DNA of 63,297 bases, counting the filler, from Rhabdomonas costata (Eukaryota): assembly GCA_019059605.1 (NCBI GenBank). It is 31 parts of 31 records of this genome, joined end to end, with 100 filler letters (N's around TTAATTAATTAA, not from the genome) between each part and the next. Parts side by side here need not be neighbours in the genome. Positions count along the whole stretch, not along the records: positions 1 to 1,947 come from JAHMHO010007086.1; positions 2,048 to 3,996 come from JAHMHO010007087.1; positions 4,097 to 6,044 come from JAHMHO010007088.1; positions 6,145 to 8,086 come from JAHMHO010007089.1; positions 8,187 to 10,134 come from JAHMHO010007090.1; positions 10,235 to 12,181 come from JAHMHO010007091.1; 25 more parts are not named here. One strand, written 5' to 3'. The notes under the pieces are model-generated. The model had not been told where the DNA came from. It did not search any database and was given only the letters and a program-made list of their open reading frames with translations. Position 1 is the first letter of the stretch. Each line of letters starts with the position of its first letter. Below are positions 1-10,316 of the stretch, in pieces. Made by a program: the position numbers and the translations under genes.

Positions 1-1284
1 TGTTGTGGGTGATCACTGTGGACTGAGGGACGCCCGTGCTGTTGGTCACAGGTGCTCGCGAGAGGTACTTTCGGAGCGAACGATGCTGTCGGGTGGGTGG
101 CCGGCGGAAAAAAGCAGCTGCGCGACAAAGGCCAGGGACCCGAGGGGCAGAAGGGAACCACGAAGGGTTACCACGCGTGGAATGTTTGGAGGTGAGCCCT
201 CCTTTCCATCTCTCGCTGAAATTCGCACAATTAAGCTAATCCTGGGGATGAGAACGGGCAGCAACGGGTACCGTGGCGTGCCGTCCGTTTGTGCGTGTGG
301 GTGTGTTATGCGGAGTAATAGTGCGAGCCCTGGTGGACTAAGCGTTGAGCACGTGAGTGAAGTAAGTGTGAGTGCGCCTGGCATGAGTCGCCACTCCCAC
401 CTGGCCTTCTCGGGGGCACCCGCTTCAAGATTTGCTCGAGCTCTTTATTCTCGACCAAAGAGATGGTGGGGCTCGAGGAAGGCCGCGCCGCCTCCGCCGC
501 TGTGGACGGCACGAGGGCCTTGGTAGCAGCGGGTGGCTTGGGCTGCGCGTCGCCCGTCTTTGTCTTCTTCGCGGCGGAAGGGGAGACCATGGGGTCCGCT
601 GTCCAAGCCTCCGCACAAAGGTCGGGGTGAGTCAGCGCAAGGTGCAGCGCTTCTTCCAAGTCCTGCAGCGCGCCCCGTCCCCCCACTGCTCCTTCGTCCC
701 CTGGATCCTCACAGGACATGAGACATAAGGCGGATGAGGGGTGCCAACAAATGGTGGAGCACACGGACCCATTGTTTGCGATTCAGTCGACGCATCAGAC
801 GAGAGTCTCCGCACAACCGGCGCATCCATCATCCCCTTCGGATTACAAATACGCGCCTCGAGCTTCCGGAGAGCACCCAATGGGCGTCAATTTCCCCACA
901 CCCGACACCCACAGGAAGTTTCTCGATTCGCACTTCTTTCTTTTTGCAGACATCTTATTACACAAAACGGTGGAGGACACTCTTGCACTTTTATCAAAGT
1001 AAGGCCAGCCCTGCGCTCCCAGCCATTTGTATGTGACGCTGTCCACCACCACTGTGTGCGCGCGACGGTTTCACCACAGGTACACCCACCTATCCAACAA
1101 GGTTGGACGATGGCTACGTGTTGGAATGAATGAGTGAGAATGTGAAAACTGGGGGGGGGGTCAAAGAGACTGGGAAAAGGAAATATAAACCCGTAAGATT
1201 CCCGTGCACACATACGTCACTCATCTTTAGAGCGTTGACCGCCACCACGAGGGGAATGCCCATCTCAAGGAGCTTGCTGACGTC
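1..1284 (-). CDS. UBA-domain protein, partial (4 exons)
   Basis: Exons 1284-1216, 662-401, 215-172 and 85-1 are joined in phase by GT-AG introns. The splice product DVSKLLEMGIPLVVAVNALKMSD|DLEEALHLAL fits a UBA domain (MG loop, helix 3), followed by a Pro/Ala/Ser-rich region. Confidence 0.65.
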
Positions 1285-1947
1285 CTGCCCCCACAGCACC
1301 CAACCACTCACATTCTCCGGAGCAATCCCAACCCACGGCGAAGGTACTCACATCCACTCAAACAAATCTTGCGAAAGAGAAACTCAATAAATATGAAGTG
1401 GCCGGAGCTTTGCAAAGACGCCAAAACACCTTGTGCACCAGATGCTCGTCATCGGATGTGTCGACCGCGTCGTGACTCTGTACGAACGCAAAGAGCGGAT
1501 AAGGCTGTCAAGTTGCCGCACCCCATAACAAAGTTTCGAGACTATACGACCAGTTTAAATAAACCTCAGGGGGGCTGTGAAAGGGGGGCTGTGAAATAGT
1601 GGTCGAAAACTGATTCCCTAACTAAATCTAAATATTCCCAGGAATATTCTTTGCTTCCAATTTTTTTTTCTTCGAAAAATCTCGAAAACATTTGAATCTT
1701 GTGTAAATTCACAACGGGTTCGGTCCCTAGCTCCAGGTGAGTTGGCACTAAAGCTCCAATTGAGTTGCGCCTAAGCTGGACCCGTTGGACCCCCCTCAAC
1801 CCCCTCCCGTTTGTCCACCACGGCAAATTAGGAAAGGACGACCGCACACCGGACTCTCAGGAGGGGGAGATGGGCTTAAAGAGCCGTTATGGATCCGAAC
1901 TCTCACGCACGCACACAAGCACTGAGAGCCAACCAATCAAACAAACA

Positions 1948-2047
1948 NNNNNNNNNNNNNNNNNNNNNNNNNNNNNNNNNNNNNNNNNNNNTTAATTAAT
2001 TAANNNNNNNNNNNNNNNNNNNNNNNNNNNNNNNNNNNNNNNNNNNN
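1948..2047. other. Artificial contig spacer (N44-TTAATTAATTAA-N44); first of 30 such spacers
   Basis: The same 100-nt linker recurs about every 2.05 kb (e.g. 3997-4096, 6045-6144, 8087-8186, ... 61255-61354) and has stops in all six frames. The window is therefore 31 independent contigs. Confidence 0.99.
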
Positions 2048-2139
2048 TGTTGGTGTGTTGTGGTGCTTTTGTGCTGTCTTTGCTTGAGCAGGGGGTGAAT
2101 ATTGCCTTTTGTTTTTGTTTGGTGGTGATGGTCGTGCGC

Positions 2140-2247
2140 TCTTTTGATAGTTGTTGGGGCACTGATGAAGTCACTCCTGGTGGCAGATGCCAGTCTTTTG
2201 ATAGTTGTTGGGGCACTGATGAAGTCACTCCTGGTGGCAGATGCCAG
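2140..2247 (+). repeat. Perfect 54-nt tandem duplication (2140-2193, 2194-2247)
   Basis: TCTTTTGATAGTTGTTGGGGCACTGATGAAGTCACTCCTGGTGGCAGATGCCAG occurs twice, head to tail. Confidence 0.97.
2162..2219 (+). ncRNA. Candidate box C/D snoRNA within the tandem repeat
   Basis: C-like TGATGA at 2163-2168; CACTCCTGGTGG at 2172-2183 directly before a D'-like CAGA; CTGA D box at 2216-2219. The 12-mer is complementary to the common eukaryotic SSU rRNA sequence CCACCAGGAGUG (recalled, not searched). Confidence 0.4.
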
Positions 2248-2956
2248 TTCAGAGTTCAGGTCCCCCCCCCCCTTTTTTTTTCACCTTTGTTAAAAGAGGT
2301 ATTCATGTTAACTGGAACAGCGGCAGCACCCCCAGTGTGCAACAGATGATATTGTCACCGAGCGGTGGTGCGGGTTGATGCAATATTGGCATTACATTTA
2401 CGTTTCGTTGTGCAACTGTTTTTTTTCCGTGCCTGAGACTCTTTTTCCTGCTGGGCTTGTTTTCCTGTCAAGGCCTCCACGGTGGCCGTGGTGTCTAACG
2501 TTTGCCGCAAGCTCGGCCCCCCGGACTCCTGCTACAACACCCCAACCTCGCGTTGGCCTGGAACCCCGCCCAGCAGGGGCAAGCGCAAGGCCGCAGGTAC
2601 AACGAAAGCCCCGCCCCCCATTCACACAGGTGGGCCTGAAAGCTTAGTGAAGAAGGGTGGGGGGTGGGGGCTCAGAAGAAAGCATCAGGCACCGGTGGTA
2701 CGTACGAAGCGCGGGGTCTGGTGCATAATACTCCCCGAAAGTATTCCCTATCGCCTGTGCGTGCAGGATCCTAACCGTTCCTGCTCATGGCGGACCACCA
2801 GGGAAAGGTACATGTACAATGGTGGTAGGAACTGAATTTAAGCCCTTTCTCAGATGTCTGGATGCATCGTGCACACGGTGTTGCACAGCAGGCGAGCATT
2901 AACGCAAATTTGGATTGATCGGAGGGAAGTCTTGGTTTCGTTGTCCCATGCCACAG

Positions 2957-3246
2957 CGGCGGTCCGATCCACGACGGAAGACCTTCTGGCTCGGGAGATT
3001 GCGCCTGCCCTGATCAAGCTGCTGGTGAGCTCCGTCGAGGCCGACGATGACCGTGTGCTGGAGAAGACCTGCGAGTGCATCGCATATGTCGCCGACGGGC
3101 GGGTCACCCCCCACCTCCACCTCGGGGATGTTTTGGAGTGCCCGCGGAACCCCCGGGTGGAGCGCCTGGTGGACGCCGGTGTGGTGGAGATCTTGACCCG
3201 ATGCCTGGCTCGGGCTGGAGCGGACGAGAAAGGCGGAAAGCGAAAG
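2957..3246 (+). CDS. Armadillo-repeat (importin-alpha-like) protein exon
   Basis: APALIKLLVSSVEADDDRVLEKTCECIAYVADG...RVERLVDAGVVEILTRCL follows the ARM H1-H2-H3 pattern; flanked by cag| and |gtgggc. Confidence 0.65.
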
Positions 3247-4822
3247 GTGGGCTCTGTGCTAAAAAGAAACGGATTTTGATGGCTGCGAGACGGATGGGAG
3301 ATTGTGGGGCAGTGGGTGTATGTGGATGTGGCGTTAGACTGGTTGACATTTGGCACTTAGCGGCATTTGCCTTGGCTTTCTTCTGTGTATTCCTTGTAGG
3401 TATTGTTCCGTTCCTGTGATTGCTGTGCTTCTCTCCGCTTTTTCTGTTCCTCATTTGCACTGTGGCTCATTTATCCGTGTTTTAATTAGGCGTCCTTCCG
3501 AAAAATTGTTGTGAGCTCTTCCCTACCCCAACACGGCCTGTCCCCTTCCAGCTGTTGTCGAATCGAATCAATTGTGCAATGCCGATCCCCGAAATATTGC
3601 TCCTCAGCGGTCATTCTTAATGCGCACATGTGTGTAAACTTCCGTTTTCAGCTTGTTCCTTTGGAATTCGTTCTTCCTTTGAGCGGCTGAGCGCGTAGGG
3701 GAGGGGGAATGGTTCATCTTTGGTGTGGTGGTGCTCCAAGAATCCACCGCTTTGCCTGTATGTGAGATGTTAGTGGATTATTATCTCTTGTCGCAGGACT
3801 TAGTGCTGAAGGTGCTTGGCATCCTATGCTTAAGCTCTCCCTCAGCAGTCATCCCCAGGCTGTGCTACTCATTCCCTCACTCCCGCGCGGACGACGGAAG
3901 TGAAGAGGGAGTAGGAAAAGAGAAGGGGAAGCACCCAGAAGTGCCCAAAGGCTTCCTGACCATCGCCGCCGCCCTGCTCCTGCCCACCCCAACCACNNNN
4001 NNNNNNNNNNNNNNNNNNNNNNNNNNNNNNNNNNNNNNNNTTAATTAATTAANNNNNNNNNNNNNNNNNNNNNNNNNNNNNNNNNNNNNNNNNNNNAGAG
4101 AAGCCGGAAGGCAGCACGGGAAACGTGTGTGTGTGGGTGGGTAGGTAGGTGGGTGGTATTCAGCACGGACATCGCCAACACGCCAACTACAACAAAACAG
4201 GTGTGCAGAACAAGCAGCACAAGGACACGGGCATACGGCATACCCGGGCTACCAACAGAATTCCTGCAGGGTCTTTAGGTGGCGACGCAAACACAAGGCG
4301 ACGGCAAAGTGGGGGGCGTTGGACATCACTGACAACCACACATAAAGCTTGCTACCAGTGCGTCCCAATGAACGCAGCAACAATCTCCTGAAAAGAAATG
4401 AAAATTAGCCAGGCACTGGTGTCTCCGTAACGAACCATTCAAAACGAATGAATGAGTGCCTGAGTTACTTTCGTCGAAGGAAGGTACACATATGGGGAAA
4501 GGACTCACGTTGTAATTCCAGATTAAAGGAGGGTGTTAGCCTGTGAGGACGCAGCTGTGGTAGGCTCCGCAGGCCACGGCGAGGATGGGCGGCCCATGCA
4601 GCGCCTTTGTCGTTCACTGGGGTTCACCCCCCTTCCTTCCGATGTTTGATAATGCAAAGTTTCACTCTCGCCGGGGCAGGAGAAGGAATTTCTCCCGCCT
4701 CTCTGCACCTGTCCCCCCAAAAAAACCATTTGGTCTGGAATTAAATCGCTGACTGGTGAACCCCAACTTCAAATTAAGCTCTGTGTTCTGCCTTTGCGCC
4801 TTTCTGTTTTCTTGCTTTTCAG

Positions 4823-5911
4823 GAGAATAATGCTCGCGGAGGTTCCTATACTTGCGATCGATATGGTATCGTTTGAAAGGAATACAAGCGTGCTTCCAGA
4901 TGAGATGATTGCTCATCGACTGGGTTTGATCCCGCTCACCTCAATGGTTGCCAAAGACATGGAGTTTTCCAGGGCATGCACGTCAAAAGTGACTTCACTC
5001 TGTTTACAGCGGTGTTTATAACTTGATTCCCAAGAGTGGGTTTGATGTTTGCAGGTTTGTTCGTGTGACGGTGCTTGCCCTCGCTGTGTGGTCGAGCTCA
5101 CCCTGGACGTGCGTTGCCCAGTGGATCAGAACCGCAGGCTGGTAAAGTTTGCTCCCTGGTTGTGTTCTTGCGAAAAAGTGAAAAGATGAAAAGACTTGTC
5201 CCTTTTCATTTCAACTCAGGTTACGTCCCGCGACCTCCGCTCCACCAGACCCGAAGTTCAGCCGGTGGATTTTTCTCATGTTGTGCCTGCTGGGCTTGAC
5301 AAGGACGAGTTCGGCAGCATTGTTATAGCCAAGTTAACCAAAGGCCAAGAAATATCCTGCCGGTGCATCGCTCGCAAGGTTCACATCTGCCTTACACGTG
5401 CTGGCTTCGTCCTGCCGTTGCTTTCGCTTCGTTTCTTTTCACTGCCTTGAATGTGCGTTTTTTTGCTTATTTGCATTGAGGGCGGTGGATCACATTGCTG
5501 AAATGCAGTTCAAATCCCAGGCCCTTCACAAACCAGCGTCCCCTCTTCATAAATCCGCTTATTTTTTTCTGCTTTTAGGTTCACTTTTTTCCAGGGAATC
5601 GCCAAGGAACACGCGAAGTGGATGCCCAGCTGCACAGTTGTGATGGCCTATGTCCCAGATATCTCCATCAATCCCGACATATTGGACACAATGGACGCGG
5701 TGCAGAAGCAAGAATGGTTGTTCTCAGTTTCTCTCATTCTGTTCTTCAATGATGGATGATGCGGTCTTCTTGGTGGTCTTGGGACGCTCTTTTCAGGGTT
5801 GATCAGTGTCCAAAAGGAGTTTACCGTTTCGAACCTAAAACGGGCCAGGTGGAGGTTGCCCGGCCAGACGAGTGCATCTTCTGCAACGAGTGTATTATGA
5901 AGGCGGAGGAT
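4823..5911 (+). CDS. RPB3: RNA polymerase II subunit RPB3, partial (5 exons)
   Basis: Exons 4823-4973, 5055-5141, 5220-5378, 5595-5716 and 5797-5911. Motifs: [32 protein letters not shown], Zn loop [35 protein letters not shown]. Intron 4974-5054 is GC-AG; the others are GT-AG. Confidence 0.93.
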
Positions 5912-6666
5912 GTATGCCCTTTTTTCTTGCCAACTTGCTTCAATTTGTTCTTTTTTTTTTGCCTGAGACAAAATAGGTTCCAGTTTCAGAAGGATGAATC
6001 TTGTTCCCATAACGAAACGTAGTGTAGTGTAGGGCCCACAAACANNNNNNNNNNNNNNNNNNNNNNNNNNNNNNNNNNNNNNNNNNNNTTAATTAATTAA
6101 NNNNNNNNNNNNNNNNNNNNNNNNNNNNNNNNNNNNNNNNNNNNGGTGGGGGGGTGACGGTCTGGGCAGCGGAACTCCATGGCACTTCATTCATATCAGA
6201 GACACTTTGGGGTCAGCTCTCCGCCGCCTTCCTAATTAATGCTTTTTTCTAGTCGACGCAGTATCTTGCCTGCATTGTCTTGCGAAAAATTTTCTCTTGA
6301 CTTGTTCACTTCACAAGGAACATTTCTGTGGCTGGGGACGAATCCAAGAATTCTCAAAACCCTCATTGCGTGTCAAATTTCCGTCAAGTTTGGCGAGACC
6401 CAATTCCCTGGCTTTGAAAATCTTTTCACGTTTCATTGATCCTTTAAGTTAATTCTTTGTATTTTCCTTCATTTTCCAAACACGGCATCGTGAAAGTATT
6501 GAGGGTGGACAAACCACGGATGGCAGACGTAGAAGTTGACCGCCTTTGGATGGCCCTTTATATTTTTATTTATTCCCGGTCATAACGTTAACCTGATCCG
6601 TTACCAAAGTCCGAAAGGCCGACCTCAAAGAGCGAAAAAAAACTCCTCCAACCACTACCCTGCAAC

Positions 6667-7890
6667 CTGCAAAGGGATTAGGAGGAGGAGCTGGTGAGGC
6701 GGTGGCTGCAGGTGCAGGGGCCGTGGTTCCAGGAGAGGGAGAGGTTGTGGAAGGCACAGAAGGTGCTGAAGCTCGGGAGGAAGCAGTTTCCGCTGCCGCG
6801 CCGGCGGGGCGTCCTCTCACAAGGTGGAAAACAACCCCGCTCTCCGGCTCTGCAGAACAATGAACCCACAAAAGCAAAACTGTGACGGAGTCGAAAGTTC
6901 GCCATCCCCACTGTGAGCTGAATTAAAACAAAACGTACCAAAATAGCTTTGTTTCAGATACTTTTGAGCTAACCTTTTCTTGAACATCATGGACAATGAG
7001 TCACCATGCACGAAAAGTGGCCAAATCCAGCGGTAACTTTGGGCCCCAAAAAAATCCCCAACCAAAAACTTGCGCTTCACTTGCAAGATGCAACCTCAAC
7101 CACCCCACCCGACAGCTGTTCTTCGAGATTACAGAAACACCCTTTTCCTTTCGTTCTTTCCCTCTTTTCTTTGCACTTTTTTTTATCTTTACGGTGCAGT
7201 CTGTCTATCAGTTTCTACGTCTGTTGTAAATCATTGCACAAGTCCAAGTCGCGAGCACTTGTTGTGAACTGTTGCTCGCGGCTTTCCTGTGGTGAATGAA
7301 CGACTAAATCTCACCGGGCAGTAGGAGTTCATTGGATGAACACTCGTACAAACGTACCATAGGTCTGTAGAACCTTTTCATCCTTGAGCAACTGTCCCTT
7401 TAAGATCAGTCTCTGCTCCTCTGCGGGAATGCCGCTTTTCTCTGCAATGACTTCCTTGAACTCTGGCAATTGAATAAGAAACACAAGAACCAAGTTGAAC
7501 CATAAATGAGAAGAAAGGAAGTTCATAACAAAAACAGACCCAAAACTGTTTTGGAGGGACTGATTTTCACAGCAAAATTGTCTCCCTTTGACCTGAAACA
7601 AATGGGACAGAGAGAGAATGAAAGATATGCGCAGGTTTACAGCACTCACTGCACTTGCTGCATGTTAATGCTTTTTGGGAGCGAAAGGTTACAAACCCAC
7701 ACTTTATACATTTGATTTACTCCTGGGTAAATGGTATCAAACATTTTTGTATTGCCCTTAAATTTATGAAACAATCGATCCACTTGATTCAGCTTACATC
7801 TAAAATTGGAAATTATTTCAGAAATATTTTTCGGGCTGTCGAGAAACACATTTCATACGGCTTCAGAATAATTTCTATTTCCTCTGCCAT
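6667..7890 (-). CDS. Ubiquilin/Dsk2-like protein, N-terminal UBL domain (4 exons, 3' partial)
   Basis: Exons 7890-7859, 7592-7540, 7462-7358 and 6849-6667 splice in phase (GT-AG) to MAEEIEIILKPSKGDNFAVKISPSKTVLEFKEVIAEKSGIPAEEQRLILKGQLLKDEKVLQTYEPESGVVFHLVRG, followed by a Pro/Ala/Ser/Thr-rich linker ending NPFA. Confidence 0.85.
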
Positions 7891-7919
7891 CACGGCTCTG
7901 GCATTGACTCTAACGTTGC

Positions 7920-8079
7920 GGTGAATATCCCATCCACTGTATACTGGACTTCGTGCAAAACAGGGAGAAAATTTTTTTCAGAAAAAAGAAGATTTTTCAA
8001 TATAAATCTAATTTTTTCTGAAAAAAATTTTCTCCCTGTTTTGCACGAAGTCCAGTATACAGTGGATGGGATATTCACC
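7920..8079. repeat. Perfect 68-bp inverted repeat at a contig end
   Basis: 7920-7987 is the exact reverse complement of 8012-8079. The 24-nt loop also pairs partly (AGATTT/AAATCT). Confidence 0.95.
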
Positions 8080-10242
8080 CCAACAANNNNNNNNNNNNNN
8101 NNNNNNNNNNNNNNNNNNNNNNNNNNNNNNTTAATTAATTAANNNNNNNNNNNNNNNNNNNNNNNNNNNNNNNNNNNNNNNNNNNNGTGGTGGGTGTGTT
8201 TGGTTGTTTTGGTATCCCTGTTGTTGAAGCGGTAAAAGGCATGGTTTGTGAAGCGTCCCGCGGGAGGCAATGGCGGAGGTGGCCTGGAGAAGAAGCAGGA
8301 AAAGAGGATCGTTGGGATCGCTCAGTTGGTGAGGAAGTCACGGAAAAGCCCATTTCTCTGCCTTGTACAAGAGTTCTAATCAAGTTGGAACCAACACGTC
8401 CAACAAGCCAACGCAGAATTCACGATCAGCAGAATTCATGATAATCACTCATATGTCACCATGTCGCCTTATGACATCACTATAGCATATTACATTCGGT
8501 CCTGGGGCAGGATGACTGACCTGTTTGAGTGAACACCCCCAGGGTAACCTTCCAATCTCACCACTGAGATGGGTTTTCCAAAAGCTCAACGGAGGAAGGT
8601 TTCGATTTTGTGTTTTTGGGGTGAACTGCAGTGTGAAATGCCGGTTTGTTTATCCAATAAGTTTGTTAACCGCAGCTGATTTCACTTTTATTCTTTTCAA
8701 ATGCATTTGCTTCTTTATACAGAATGTGCATGGAGCCCACCCCACCTGAGGCGACAGGTCCCAAATACCAGAATAGCCTTGAATAATATGAAAGCACAGC
8801 CCTGGTACGGTACCCCATCCCCTAGCATACAGAGCGGAGCATGTGACTGACGGAAGACTTCGCACGAGGAGGTACAGTTTGGATGCGCAGATGTTACCTG
8901 AGATTCCAAGAGAAACCTCTGAAGGGTTGAGGACAACGCACGTGCGCGGGACAATGGGAACATACTCGCCTTCTCTTTGTTGGAGGCGAGGAGTGTCGCA
9001 TACCACGCCGGGCGTGGTGATAGGGTTCAGAACCGTTATTATACCATTCAAAATATTCATTGCGCAATGTCACTTGTGATGAAACACCTCCAATCCTCTT
9101 TCTGCGCTCAATTCGTGCCCAAGACAGGGGTCCCCAAATTCTTGGAATTTTATCCAGAAATTTTTCGCTCAAAATCTGGTGTCCCCCCCTTTTTTTTTTG
9201 CGTTTCCGCTCCGAAATACAAGGGCACAAAAAATAATCTATCAAAGAAGAGCTGTGATGAGTTGTTGTCTGAGGTGAAAAAAGGACTCCGACAGAACAAC
9301 AGCCCAACCGAGGGCTACCTTTGAAACAAAAAAAGCGGCGAGGAAGAGAGCCCGGTCTCACCGCACCTCACGGATAACCCAAAGCGGGAAAGGAAGAGCC
9401 AGAATACACAACATGAGAAAACCCCTCATATTCGCAACCACAACTGATTGTGCCCGATTCCAACCTCCAGCCCAAGATGCACCTGTTGGGAAGGACCTCC
9501 ACTCTTCTCCGCACTGCGAAAGGAGAGAGACAGAAAGTGCAATACCGCTCCCAAATACTGGCAAAAAAATCTTCCTTCGGCGATCAGCAACATGAAAAAA
9601 GGAGGAGAGGGAGCGCTGAAGTGTTGGCGGCCGCACTGCAAAGCACACCTACACCTGTGAGGAAGAAAAATCTGAAGTGAAGAGCCAAGCCCCTCACAAG
9701 GAAGGGAAAGCGATATCAACACCAAAACAACAAAAACGATTTACAGCGGCGAAAGGGACAGACATCAAAGAACAGAAACGAGGCATTGTGGTAAAAGTGG
9801 CATCCACCAAAAAGGAGCGCTGGAGAGGTTCCAGGCCACCGGTATTTTGGGGGACTGCGAAACAAAACTGCACCCTCACCCCACGCCTCCGAGCCACTTT
9901 AGCTGCGCACCCGAAAAAGCCCCACCACACTGACACAAAGCAGAACAAACTCCACTGAAAGCAGAGCAAAGAAGGGGTGGCACTGCGGCAAACAGCAGAT
10001 GCAACTTTCCGCTGACAGGGAGCATAGGAAGACATGGAGAGGAGTGGCAGAGGGGTGGCGTCAACTTTTTCGAGGCACTGGCGCGCAAGCCTGTGGAGAA
10101 GCGGCTGAGACGTGGAGGGGTTGCACACACAAAANNNNNNNNNNNNNNNNNNNNNNNNNNNNNNNNNNNNNNNNNNNNTTAATTAATTAANNNNNNNNNN
10201 NNNNNNNNNNNNNNNNNNNNNNNNNNNNNNNNNNTGTGGTTG

Positions 10243-10316
10243 TTTTAGTTCGTTCCAACGCTTTTGAATTTGGTTGATACCCAATCCAAAATCAAAAGCG
10301 TTGGAACGAACTAAAA
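10243..10316. repeat. Hairpin/inverted repeat at a contig start
   Basis: Perfect 25-bp arms at 10243-10267 and 10292-10316, continued inside by TTTGG/CCAAA. Confidence 0.93.

Noticed and set aside
1992-2003. Regularly spaced TTAATTAATTAA as a CRISPR-like or biological repeat
   Set aside because: It is always embedded in N runs, so it is an artificial linker. ORFs ending in XXX-LIN are artefacts.
2162-2170. Hammerhead ribozyme core CUGAUGA
   Set aside because: No GAAA core or three-stem arrangement nearby.
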